From a bacterium (GTDB lineage: Bacteria; Sysuimicrobiota; Sysuimicrobiia; Sysuimicrobiales; Kaftiobacteriaceae): 13,830 nt of DNA. The notes below the pieces were generated by a model, which made no database searches, was not told where the DNA came from, and saw only the letters and a program-made list of their open reading frames with translations. The stretch is taken from the NCBI GenBank assembly GCA_044868695.1, contig JBIOWP010000070.1, forward strand, positions 1-13,830, read 5' to 3'. A program made the position numbers and the translations under genes. Each line of letters begins with the position of its first letter. Positions within the stretch are counted from its first letter, which is position 1. Positions 6,264 to 13,830 of the stretch are shown in pieces.

Positions 6264-7979
6264 TTATCGTTCATGCAGCCATGCCTGGAATTGCCCCAGG
6301 GAGAGCGCATTCAGCACGTCTTTCGGCTCCGCCCAGGCTCGGCGGGCGACCCCGATGCCGAATTCCATGTACTTCAGCTGGTACCGGTTGTGCGCATCGG
6401 TGCTGATGACCAGCTTCACACCCCGCTCCCTGGCCATCCTGGCGTGCACGTCGTTGAGGTCAAGGCGCTCGGGTGAGGCATTGATCTCCAGGGCCTTCCC
6501 GGTCCGGCGGGCCGCCTCGATGAGCGCCTCGATGTCGACGTCGTAGGCTTCGCGCTGCCCCAGCAGCCGTCCGGTGGGGTGGCCCAGGATGTCGGCGTGG
6601 GGATGTTCGAGGGCCTTGATGATGCGCGCGGTCATCTCCTCGCGCGGCATCCGCAGACGGGAATGCACCGAGCACACCACCACGTCGAGATCGCGCAGGA
6701 CCTCGTCCGGATAATCCAGCCGTCCGTCGGGGAGGATGTCGCACTCGGTCCCCATCAGCACGGCGATCCCTATCTTCTCCGATGCTCTCTTCGCGGCCTT
6801 TACATGGTCACGCAGCTCCTCGACCGTGACGCCGCCGACAAACTTCAATGACTGCGAATGGTCGGTGATGGCGATGTACTTGTATCCCAGGTCCTTGGCC
6901 GCCCGGGCCATCTCCTCGACGGAGTCGGAGCCGTCGCTCCATCGCGTGTGCATCTGCAGGTCGCCGTGGATGTCCTTTTGCGCAATCAGCACCGGCAGGC
7001 CCCCGCGCTCGGCGAGCTCGATCTCCCCCTGATCCTCGCGGATCTCAGGAGGGATCCAGGGCAGCCCGACGGCTTTGTACACCTCTTCTTCCGTGCGGCC
7101 CGCGACGCGGCGGTCATTGTTCACGTTGAACACACCGTACTCGTTGATCTTGAGCCCTTTCCGCACCGCTTTCTCGCGCAATTTCACGTTGTGCTCCTTG
7201 CTTCCGGTGAAGTACTGCAGGGCCGCGCCGAACGACTCCGGCTCCACGACCCGGACGTCCGCCTGGATGCCCATGTCGAGCACAACGCTCGACCGTGTCG
7301 GGCCCTTGGCCAAGACCTGCTTGACCTTGGGGAAACCGGTAAAGACGTCCATGACCGGCTCGGCCTTCGTGCTAGTCACGAGCACGTCAATGTCCCCAAT
7401 GGTCTCCTTCATCCGCCGCAGGCTCCCCGCCACCCCAACCTGTTTGACCTGCGGGAGGGCCCGCAGCGCCTCCACCAGTTCCTGGGCATGCGGCAGGACC
7501 TGGCCGATCGGCAGCCGCTCTTTCGCGCGCCGCAGCAGCGCGATGCCTTTCAAGATGTTCTCCTCAGTCTTTTCACCCAGCCGCGGCAACATGCGAACCT
7601 TCCCCTTCTTGCACGCCTGCTCCAGCTCGTCGATGGTCTTGATCCCCAGACGCTCGTACAGCAGCATGGCAGTCTTGGGGCCGACTTCGGGAACCGACAT
7701 CAGCGTGGTGATGCCCGGAGGGAGCGACGCGCGGAGTTCTTCGTAATATTTGCAGGTCCCGGTCCCGAGGAACTCCTGAATCTTCTCGGCGGTCCCCTTG
7801 CCGATCCCCGGGATGTCTTCAAGTTCTCCCCGCGCGGCCACCGCGACGACGTCTTCGGTGAGGCCTTCAAGGGCCCGGGCCGCGCGCCGGTAGGCGGTAA
7901 TCCGGAAGGGCGACTCGTTCTTGACCTCGAGCAGATCGGCGATGTCGTTGAACATCGCCGCGATCGCCCTATTCTTCAT
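6264..7979 (-). CDS. polX: DNA polymerase X with PHP (3'-5' exonuclease) domain
   Basis: AYRRAA, HhH motifs (IPGIGK, VGPKTA), GSLRR..GDIDVL, QADVR, YFTGSKEHN. PHP motifs QMHT..SDG, TDHS, GHPTGR, TDAH. Confidence 0.97.
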   Translation of the reverse strand: MKNRAIAAMFNDIADLLEVKNESPFRITAYRRAARALEGLTEDVVAVAARGELEDIPGIGKGTAEKIQEFLGTGTCKYYEELRASLPPGITTLMSVPEVGPKTAMLLYERLGIKTIDELEQACKKGKVRMLPRLGEKTEENILKGIALLRRAKERLPIGQVLPHAQELVEALRALPQVKQVGVAGSLRRMKETIGDIDVLVTSTKAEPVMDVFTGFPKVKQVLAKGPTRSSVVLDMGIQADVRVVEPESFGAALQYFTGSKEHNVKLREKAVRKGLKINEYGVFNVNNDRRVAGRTEEEVYKAVGLPWIPPEIREDQGEIELAERGGLPVLIAQKDIHGDLQMHTRWSDGSDSVEEMARAAKDLGYKYIAITDHSQSLKFVGGVTVEELRDHVKAAKRASEKIGIAVLMGTECDILPDGRLDYPDEVLRDLDVVVCSVHSRLRMPREEMTARIIKALEHPHADILGHPTGRLLGQREAYDVDIEALIEAARRTGKALEINASPERLDLNDVHARMARERGVKLVISTDAHNRYQLKYMEFGIGVARRAWAEPKDVLNALSLGQFQAWLHER

Positions 7980-7985
7980 CGCAGT

Positions 7986-8498
7986 CTAGAAACGCAGTTC
8001 CTCAGTACCAAACAGGCGGATCCTGTCGGGGAGCATGCCGGCCAGGCTTTGCGCGCCGTCGCGCTGAACGCGCACCGCGTAGGGGGCCAGGCTTGATCGT
8101 TGCGTGTCCCGCTGCACGGGGCCGCCGAGCGGGGACGCCAGCAGCAGACCCAGCAGCACCGCCGAGAGCAGCGTGCCCTTTGCGGCACCCGCCACAAACC
8201 CGAGGAGCCGGTTGGGCACGGAGAGTCCGGTGGGATCCAGCAGGACCGCGGCGATGGTGCCGATGAAGACGTAGCCGCCGGCCAGCAACGCGCCGTAGGA
8301 GATCGTCCCTGCCCAGGGCCGCGCCAGATGGACACCTTCGACGAGGACGCCCGCGAGGGACCGGTACGACACGGAAGCCACGAGATACGCGGCGATCACG
8401 CCGACCACGCCGATCAGGGCCTCCAGGACACCGCGGCGGAGCCCATGCAGCGCGGAGACCAGGAGCACACAGACGATCAGCCAGTCGATCCAGGTCAC
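7986..8498 (-). CDS. cvpA: CvpA family (colicin V production-like) membrane protein
   Basis: N-terminal MTWIDWLI...GLRRG, several TM helices, NRLLGFVAGAAKG, C-terminal SSLAP. Usual position upstream of polX. Confidence 0.88.
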   Translation of the reverse strand: MTWIDWLIVCVLLVSALHGLRRGVLEALIGVVGVIAAYLVASVSYRSLAGVLVEGVHLARPWAGTISYGALLAGGYVFIGTIAAVLLDPTGLSVPNRLLGFVAGAAKGTLLSAVLLGLLLASPLGGPVQRDTQRSSLAPYAVRVQRDGAQSLAGMLPDRIRLFGTEELRF

Positions 8499-8504
8499 GT
8501 GACG

Positions 8505-8513
8505 ATGTTATCA
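8505..8513 (-). promoter_or_regulatory. Extended -10 promoter, probably giving a leaderless cvpA mRNA
   Basis: TG-A-TAACAT (TGA is the pheT stop), then exactly 6 nt before the GTG start at 8498. No SD. Confidence 0.55.
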
Positions 8514-10574
8514 CTCACGGATTCGTGCACGCAACCGCTGGGTGAGCGCGGCCTTGATCGCTGCGACCGACTCCTCGACTTCATCCGAGGACAGCGTGCG
8601 CTCGGCTGAGCGAAACAACAGCGCGTACGCCAAGTTGCGGTGGCCGGCAGGGACGGGCGCCCCCACGTAGACGTCGAACAAGTCTGCCGATTCCAGCATC
8701 GCACCCCCGGCCTCGCTGATCACGGTCTCCACCTGCGCCGCCGGGATCTCATCCGGGAGGACGGCGGCGATGTCGCGGCGCACCGCCGGGTAGCGCGGCA
8801 GTGGAGCAAACCGCGGCCGGAACACCGCCCGTGCCAGGACGAGCTCCAGGTCGAGATCGGCCACGAACACGCCGGGCGGCAGGTCGTGGGAGGCGGCGAC
8901 ATCGGGATGGAGTTCGCCGAGCGTGCCCACCGTCTCACTACCAACGGACAGGCGGGCGGCCCGCCCGGGATGGAGCCACGCGGCGGTGTCCGGAGCATAG
9001 ACTGCGCCGGGAATGCGCAGCTCAGCGAGCAGGGATTCCACGACTCCTTTGAGGTGGAAGTACGACGCCACCGCCGCCTCCTGAGGCACGTTCCAGGCGC
9101 CCCGCAGCAGCGCGCCGGTCATCAAGATCGCGAGCCGGCGCCGCTCGGCGACCCCGGTCGCAGTCGGGTGAAACGTGCGTCCCAGTTCGAAGAAATGCAG
9201 GTCGGCGACGGTGCGGCTGATGTTCACGCGCGCAACCTGCAAGAGGCCCGGCAGCAGAGACGTGCGAAGATGCGTGTGGTCTTCGACCATTGGGTTGCGC
9301 AACCCGGCCATCTGCCGCCACGGATGATCGGCCGGGAGCCGCAGACCGTCCAGCGCCGCGGGCTTGGTCAGCGAGACGGTCAGCGCCTCGGTCAGCCCTG
9401 CGCGGATGAGCGTCTCGCGGACCGCGTGCTCGGCCTCCAGCCCGCTCGCGCGCATCCCCTGCGAGGTTCGCTCCACGGGCATCGTCTCTGGGATGTGCTC
9501 GTAGCCGTGGTGGCGGGCGATCTCTTCGATGAGATCTTCCTCGCGCTCCACGTCGCGCCGGAACGACGGCACGACGACCGCCACGGCATCGCGGCGGTCG
9601 GTGAGGCCGAATCCTAGGCTGCGGAGGATTGCGGCGCCTTCTGCGCGTGGCACCTCGATCCCCAGCAACCGGGCGACGCTGGACCAGCGCAGGTCGACCT
9701 GCCGTGGGGGCTGCGGCGCCGGATAGGCGTCCAGCATATCGCCCACAACGCGGCCTCCGGTCACTTCGACCAGGAGGTGCTGCGCCCGGAGCGATGCCTC
9801 CCTCACGGCACCGGTGTCAATGCCGCGCTCAAACCGGGCACTGCTCTCCGTGCGTACGCCCAGCCGGGTGCCGGTGCGGCGGATCATCGGAGGATGCCAG
9901 CTCGCGGCCTCCAGGAGCACGCGCCGGGTCGCCGGCCGGATCTCGCTGGCGGCTCCGCCGATGATTCCCGCGATCCCGGCGGCCCGCCCGGCATCGGCGA
10001 CGACCAGCGTCTGCGGATCGAGGACGCGCTCGACCCCATCCAGCGTCGTGAGGCGCTCCCCCGGGGCGGCCCGGCGCACAATCAGCCGGCCCTCCTGGAG
10101 GAGGTCATAGTCGAAGGCGTGCATCGGTTGCCCCAGTTCGAGCATCACATAGTTTGTCACGTCGACGACATTGTTGATGCTGCGGAGACCGCACGCCTCC
10201 AACCGGCGCACCAACCAGCCGGGGGACGGGCCGACACGTGCGTCGACGATCAGCGCCGCGGTGAACCGCGGGCACAACTCAGGCTCGCGCACGTCGACGC
10301 GGGCGGAGCCGGCGGCCCCGGCGCGATCCGAGCGCACGTCCGCGGCAGGCGGCCGCACCGCGGACCGCCCCGCGGCCGCGAGCTCGCGCGCGATCCCGAG
10401 GTGACTCATGAGGTCCCCGCGGTTGGCCGCCACCTCCAGGTCGAACACCGCATCCTCCCGCATCCGCTCGGTGCCGTCGACGCCGATTCCCAGCATCGGC
10501 AGACGTTCCACAAGCTCCTCGACGGAATAGGGGGCGTCGACGTATTCCTTGAGCCAGGAGAGCAGCACTTTCAT
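8511..10574 (-). CDS. pheT: Phenylalanine--tRNA ligase beta subunit (short form)
   Basis: MKVLLSWLKEYV, NRGDLMSHLGIARE, INNVVDVTNYVMLELGQPMHAFD, RFERG, EDLIEEIAR, LRTSLLPGLL, C-terminal FDX-ACB (RRDIA...LFDVY). Confidence 0.97.
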   Translation of the reverse strand: MKVLLSWLKEYVDAPYSVEELVERLPMLGIGVDGTERMREDAVFDLEVAANRGDLMSHLGIARELAAAGRSAVRPPAADVRSDRAGAAGSARVDVREPELCPRFTAALIVDARVGPSPGWLVRRLEACGLRSINNVVDVTNYVMLELGQPMHAFDYDLLQEGRLIVRRAAPGERLTTLDGVERVLDPQTLVVADAGRAAGIAGIIGGAASEIRPATRRVLLEAASWHPPMIRRTGTRLGVRTESSARFERGIDTGAVREASLRAQHLLVEVTGGRVVGDMLDAYPAPQPPRQVDLRWSSVARLLGIEVPRAEGAAILRSLGFGLTDRRDAVAVVVPSFRRDVEREEDLIEEIARHHGYEHIPETMPVERTSQGMRASGLEAEHAVRETLIRAGLTEALTVSLTKPAALDGLRLPADHPWRQMAGLRNPMVEDHTHLRTSLLPGLLQVARVNISRTVADLHFFELGRTFHPTATGVAERRRLAILMTGALLRGAWNVPQEAAVASYFHLKGVVESLLAELRIPGAVYAPDTAAWLHPGRAARLSVGSETVGTLGELHPDVAASHDLPPGVFVADLDLELVLARAVFRPRFAPLPRYPAVRRDIAAVLPDEIPAAQVETVISEAGGAMLESADLFDVYVGAPVPAGHRNLAYALLFRSAERTLSSDEVEESVAAIKAALTQRLRARIRE

Positions 10575-10575
10575 A

Positions 10576-11556
10576 TCAGAACTGCTCCAGCAGTCTCATG
10601 TCGTTGTCCCAGAACAGCCGGATGTCGGGGATCCCGTACCGGACCATCGCCGGCCGGTCGACCCCCAGGCCGAACGCGAACGCCGTGTACCGCCCGGGAT
10701 CGATCCCCGCCATCTCCAGCACCCGCGGGTGGAACATGCCGCACCCGCCCAGTTCGAGCCACCGGTCATTGAACCGTACCAGCAGCTCGGCGCTCGGCTC
10801 CGTGAACGGGAAATAGCTGGGGACGAACCGGTACACGGCCTCGGGCCCAAACATCTGCCGGACGAAGGATGCCAGGACACCCCTCAGGTCAGCCATGGTG
10901 ATCCGCTCACCTACCATGAACCCATCCACCTGGTGGAACAGCGGCATATGGGTCGCGTCGGGAGCATCGCGCCGGTAGCAGCGGCCGGCGGTCAGAATCC
11001 GCATCGGCGGCGTACGACCGAGCATGGCGCGCGCGTCCACGACTGTGGTGTGCGTGCGGAGGAGCAGGTCGTCGGTCAAGTAGAAGGAATCCTGCGCGTC
11101 CCGCGCTGGATGATCGCGGCCCATGTTCAGCCGCTCGAAGTTGAACTCGTCGGTCTCTACTTCGGTCCCATCGACGATCTCAAACCCCATGCCGTGGAAG
11201 ATGCGTTCCGTTTCTTCCAGCGTCCGCGTAAGCACGTGCGCGCGACCCAGGCGCATCCGCCGCCCCGGAAGCGTCACATCGAGGGGGACCTCCGAGGCGC
11301 GCGCGGCCTGAACGAGGGCGGTCTCTTTCCTCGCGTACGCGTCAGAGGCGGCCCGGCGAATCTCGTTCAGTCGCGCTCCGTAGGCAGCCCGGTCCTTGGC
11401 GGAAAGGTTCGGAATCTCCTCAAAGAGCGCCGCGAAGGACCCTTTCCGGCTCAGATACGCGCGCTTGACCTCGTTGAGTTGTTCGATGGTCCGCGCAGCC
11501 TCAATCGCCGCCAGGGCCTCTCGACCGAGCCGATCCAGATCGCTGATCTTCGCCAC
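10576..11556 (-). CDS. pheS: Phenylalanine--tRNA ligase alpha subunit
   Basis: DVTLPG, HPARD, LLRTHT, YRRD..DATH..FHQ, YFPFTEPS, FAFGLG, IPDIRLFWDNDMRLLEQF. Confidence 0.98.
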   Translation of the reverse strand: MAKISDLDRLGREALAAIEAARTIEQLNEVKRAYLSRKGSFAALFEEIPNLSAKDRAAYGARLNEIRRAASDAYARKETALVQAARASEVPLDVTLPGRRMRLGRAHVLTRTLEETERIFHGMGFEIVDGTEVETDEFNFERLNMGRDHPARDAQDSFYLTDDLLLRTHTTVVDARAMLGRTPPMRILTAGRCYRRDAPDATHMPLFHQVDGFMVGERITMADLRGVLASFVRQMFGPEAVYRFVPSYFPFTEPSAELLVRFNDRWLELGGCGMFHPRVLEMAGIDPGRYTAFAFGLGVDRPAMVRYGIPDIRLFWDNDMRLLEQF

Positions 11557-11582
11557 CAGCCGCCCTCCCTGAGCCGCTCCCT

Positions 11583-11625
11583 AAAAACACAAACGCCACT
11601 TTCATCCCAAGGACGAAAGCGGCGC
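11583..11625 (-). terminator. Intrinsic terminator of the T-box leader
   Basis: Minus strand GCGCCGCTTTCGTCC-TTG-GGATGAAAGTGGCGT followed by TTGTGTTTTT. Confidence 0.9.
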
Positions 11626-11836
11626 TTCCGTGGTACCACCCTGCTTCCGGCCTCCGACACCCGCGGGTGAGAAGCCGGCGCTTCCCCTTCTATCGGGAGG
11701 GCCCGGACCACCTACGCTTTTGCGTTCAGTGGTCGGCTCCGGAGGGAACTTCCCCCGACCGCGTCCCGGGGAGGCTGCGCAGCCTCTGGACTCCCCTCTC
11801 TGTGGGACGGGAACGGAGTACTCGCTCCGTCGTTGC
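11583..11836 (-). ncRNA. T-box riboswitch, Phe-specific, transcription-attenuation type
   Basis: T-box AGGGTGGTACCACG (11642-11629). Stem I has AGTA, AGAGA and GCTG motifs, and GAAG-TTC with the Phe specifier TTC at 11748-11746. Stem II and stem III hairpins and a terminator follow, directly upstream of pheS. Confidence 0.95.
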
Positions 11837-11844
11837 CGGGCTAT

Positions 11845-11973
11845 CTAGTTTGGCGAGATCGTCAGCAGCAGAACCTTGCCCATCGGAGCAAACTTGCGGT
11901 ACGCCAGGTATGCCCAGATGGATCCGGTGGACTCGAACAGGCGCCAGAACATCTCAGGCGTCACCGATTGCAC
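11845..11973 (-). CDS. Small YqzL-like protein (about 42 aa)
   Basis: FWRLFESTGSIWAYLAYRK resembles the YqzL signature (W..F..TG.I..YL.YK). Strong GGAGG at 11982-11978. Start is GTG 11973 or 11964 rather than 12042. Confidence 0.8.
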   Translation of the reverse strand: MQSVTPEMFWRLFESTGSIWAYLAYRKFAPMGKVLLLTISPN

Positions 11974-12032
11974 AGCTCCTCCCCCTCCCAGCGCGTGGTT
12001 CAAGCCCTTCGTGAAGAGTGCCAGCAAGGCGA

Positions 12033-12043
12033 AGTATAGCACA
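12033..12043 (-). promoter_or_regulatory. Extended -10 promoter for the yqzL-like ORF/T-box/pheST transcript
   Basis: Minus strand TGTG-C-TATACT (TRTG motif plus -10) in the intergenic region. Confidence 0.7.
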
Positions 12044-12046
12044 CAA

Positions 12047-12064
12047 CCCGCTGACGCGAGCGGG
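12047..12064 (-). terminator. Weak hairpin, possible terminator after the TrmH gene
   Basis: CCCGCT-6nt-AGCGGG stem followed on the minus strand by TTGTGT. Poor U-tract. Confidence 0.3.
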
Positions 12065-12112
12065 AAGATTGAGGACAGGAATGGTCAATTGTGGAGTAGG
12101 GGCATCAAGAAA

Positions 12113-12916
12113 CTACTGCCGCGCGCGCCTGACTTCGTACAGGAGCAATCCGGCGGCGATCGCGACGTTTAGGGATTCCGCGCGGCCGTACAGTGGAATC
12201 CGCACGATCGCATGGGCCGCGCCCAGCCAGACCGGGTCGGGACCTCCGCCCTCGTTCCCCAGCACGATGGCGAGCGGGCCCCGGTAGTCCGCCTCCGTAT
12301 AGTCGGTCGCACCGGATTGGTAGGCAACAAGAATCCGCGCTCCACGCTCACCCAGCGATGCCAGCACCTCGCCCGCATCGGCGGTGACGACCGGCAGATG
12401 AAACAAGGACGCCATCGTCGCGCGAACGACCTTGGGATGGTAGGGATCGACGGACCCCGCGGTAGCCACCACTCCCGAGGCGCCGGCGGCGTCGGCGATC
12501 CGGATGATCGTGCCGAGATTGCCCGGATCCTGAATGCGGTCCGCGATCACGAGGCACAAATCGGCCGGCGCCAGCACACTGGAGAGCGAGGCGCGCGGCC
12601 GGTCGACGACGGCCAGCATTCCCTGGGGAGTGTCGACCTGGCTGCATGCGGCCACGACGTGCGGAGCGGCGGTTACCAGCTTCACGCCACGCCGGCGGGC
12701 GTCCTCCACGACCGCGCCGGCGCGTGGGGCGGCGGCCGCGGCGGGATCGACCAGCAACAGCTCAACAGGCACCCCGGCCGCCAGCACCGCCTCGATCATG
12801 CGCACACCCTCGACCACCAGCCGGCCTTCGGCCTCCCTGGCGTCCCGGTCCGCGAGCGCGCGAATACGCTTGACGAGGGGATTCTTCGCACTCGTAATGT
12901 CGGGGGCGTGAGGCAT
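12113..12916 (-). CDS. TrmH/SpoU family RNA 2'-O-methyltransferase
   Basis: ITSAKNP, VVEGVR, TPQGMLAV, DRIQDPGNLGTIIR, VVRATMAS, LGNEGGG, RIPLYGRAESLNVAIAAG. Start is ATG 12916 or TTG 12928. Confidence 0.95.
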   Translation of the reverse strand: MPHAPDITSAKNPLVKRIRALADRDAREAEGRLVVEGVRMIEAVLAAGVPVELLLVDPAAAAAPRAGAVVEDARRRGVKLVTAAPHVVAACSQVDTPQGMLAVVDRPRASLSSVLAPADLCLVIADRIQDPGNLGTIIRIADAAGASGVVATAGSVDPYHPKVVRATMASLFHLPVVTADAGEVLASLGERGARILVAYQSGATDYTEADYRGPLAIVLGNEGGGPDPVWLGAAHAIVRIPLYGRAESLNVAIAAGLLLYEVRRARQ

Positions 12917-12932
12917 CAGGGGCACCAACTGC

Positions 12933-12981
12933 GGGATCAGGGATTAGGGATTAGACGAGCCAATCCCTACTCCCTAATCCC
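12933..12981. repeat. Inverted array of heptamer repeats (GGGATTA)3-7nt-(TAATCCC)3
   Basis: GGGATCA GGGATTA GGGATTA / GACGAGC / CAATCCC TACTCCC TAATCCC. Confidence 0.9.
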
Positions 12982-12992
12982 ATCGTTGCGTT

Positions 12993-13640
12993 TTAGAGGG
13001 CGGATTCGAGCCTCGCCAGGTTCTGCTTTTCGCCGAAGACCACCAGCACGTCCCCGGCCCGCAGCTCGGTTTCACCGCTCGGCGCCACGACAATCTGGCT
13101 GTCACGCTTGAGCAGCAAGACGTTGACGCCGTAGCGGGAGCGGAGATCCAGGTCACCCAAGCTCCTGCCCTGCACGCGCGTCCCGATGCTGACCTCCTCA
13201 ACAAGGAAGCCGGGCGACAGTTCGAGGAGGTCCATGACGTGCCCGCTGGCCAAGCTGCGGGCAACCCGGATGGCCATGTCACGCTCCGGCCGGATCACCA
13301 GATCCGCCCCAACCTTCTCGAGCACCCGCGCCTGCAGTTCATCGGAGGCCTTGCTGACCACTTTCCGGCAGCCCATCTCCTTCAAGATCAGCGTGGTCAA
13401 AATGCTCTCCTGGATGCCCGCGCCGATGGACACGACGACGGCATCGAAGTTGGTGATGCCGACGGCGCGGAGCGCCTCCGGATCCGTGGAGTCCAGCTGG
13501 ACCGAGTGGGTGGACGAGTCCTGGACACGGCGCAGCGCGTCTTCGTCTTTGTCAATCGCCAGGACGCGGTGGCCCATCTCGTACAACGTGCGCACGACGT
13601 TGCTGCCAAACCGCCCGATCCCGATCACCGCAAAATCCAT
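12993..13640 (-). CDS. ktrA: Ktr/Trk potassium uptake regulatory subunit (RCK-N + RCK-C)
   Basis: FAVIGIGRFG Rossmann motif, LEKVGADLVIRPE, LDLRSRYGVNV, GDVLVVFG. GGAGG RBS. Confidence 0.93.
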   Translation of the reverse strand: MDFAVIGIGRFGSNVVRTLYEMGHRVLAIDKDEDALRRVQDSSTHSVQLDSTDPEALRAVGITNFDAVVVSIGAGIQESILTTLILKEMGCRKVVSKASDELQARVLEKVGADLVIRPERDMAIRVARSLASGHVMDLLELSPGFLVEEVSIGTRVQGRSLGDLDLRSRYGVNVLLLKRDSQIVVAPSGETELRAGDVLVVFGEKQNLARLESAL

Positions 13641-13664
13641 ACGCCTCGCCTCCGCGGACCCACG

Positions 13665-13830
13665 CTATCCAATGTACACCCGCTCTTCGGGATACCGGAA
13701 GTTCGCCGGCTGCAGTCGCCGGGTCAGCGCGAACGCCACCGTCAGGAGCCCCACGCGGCCGGTGAAGATCGTCGCGATCAGCAGCACCCGGCCCACCATG
13801 CCGAGACCGGGCGTGATGCCTGTGGACAAC
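13665..13830 (-). CDS. ktrB: Ktr/TrkH potassium uptake membrane subunit, C-terminal fragment (runs off the window)
   Basis: Translated by hand from 13829: LSTGITPGLGMVGRVLLIATIFTGRVGLLTVAFALTRRLQPANFRYPEERVYIG*. LSTGIT, GRVG and YPEE..IG are KtrB C-terminal motifs. Confidence 0.93.
   Translation of the reverse strand, partial: LSTGITPGLGMVGRVLLIATIFTGRVGLLTVAFALTRRLQPANFRYPEERVYIG

Noticed and set aside
6940..6966. PolX PHP first motif QMH rather than HxH, possible inactive nuclease
   Set aside because: As I recall, QxH also occurs in the active Thermus PolX, and the other metal ligands are intact.
6261..7988. TAAGAT (6266-6261) and TAGACT (7988-7983) at the polX and cvpA stops as -10 boxes
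   Set aside because: Stop codons supply TA by default. No TGn or -35 support, and TAGACT is only 3 nt from the polX ATG.
11845..11973. Small ORF as a Phe-rich attenuator leader peptide
   Set aside because: Only three scattered Phe codons, and the T-box already explains the attenuation.
11974..12042. Longer 65-aa version of the YqzL-like ORF
   Set aside because: Its start lies inside the predicted promoter, and the strong SD points to a start at 11973 or 11964.
12083..12108. TTGATG and TTGACC hexamers downstream of the TrmH gene as -35 boxes
   Set aside because: No -10 element at 16-19 nt spacing.
12933..12953. Telomere-like (TTAGGG) repeat or G-quadruplex
   Set aside because: The unit is a 7-mer with only three G-tracts per arm, and a complementary arm favours a simple hairpin.
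1153..13111. Long plus-strand ORFs (e.g. 1153-1998, 4702-5688, 6858-8096, 8640-9617, 10549-11670, 12212-13111)
   Set aside because: Antisense shadows of well-supported minus-strand genes, expected from high-GC codon bias, with no recognisable motifs.

Overview
High-GC bacterial housekeeping region with all credible genes on the minus strand. In transcription order: ktrB (3' end) - ktrA - TrmH/SpoU methyltransferase - small YqzL-like ORF - Phe T-box riboswitch - pheS - pheT (short, lacking B2) - cvpA - polX - mpg/aag - alkaline-phosphatase-superfamily metalloenzyme - mutS2 - tyrS - P-loop kinase (FlaR/adenylate-kinase-like) - 28-aa ORF - DUF4190-like membrane protein - tRNA-Ile(GAU) with its own promoter. 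The backbone resembles Bacillota gene order, without zapA. Less ordinary elements: (1) GTCATTGC...GCAATCTCC palindromic repeats flanking the kinase gene in a repeat-RBS-ORF arrangement and extending its C-terminus; (2) a palindromic in-frame insertion in the MutS2 ATPase; (3) a coupled mpg-metalloenzyme pair inserted between polX and mutS2; (4) a hairpin built from heptamer repeats; (5) extended -10 promoters overlapping stop codons; (6) non-canonical active-site residues in TyrRS and PheRS. No transposase, integrase or CRISPR array is visible. Family assignments come from motif recognition by eye, not database searches.
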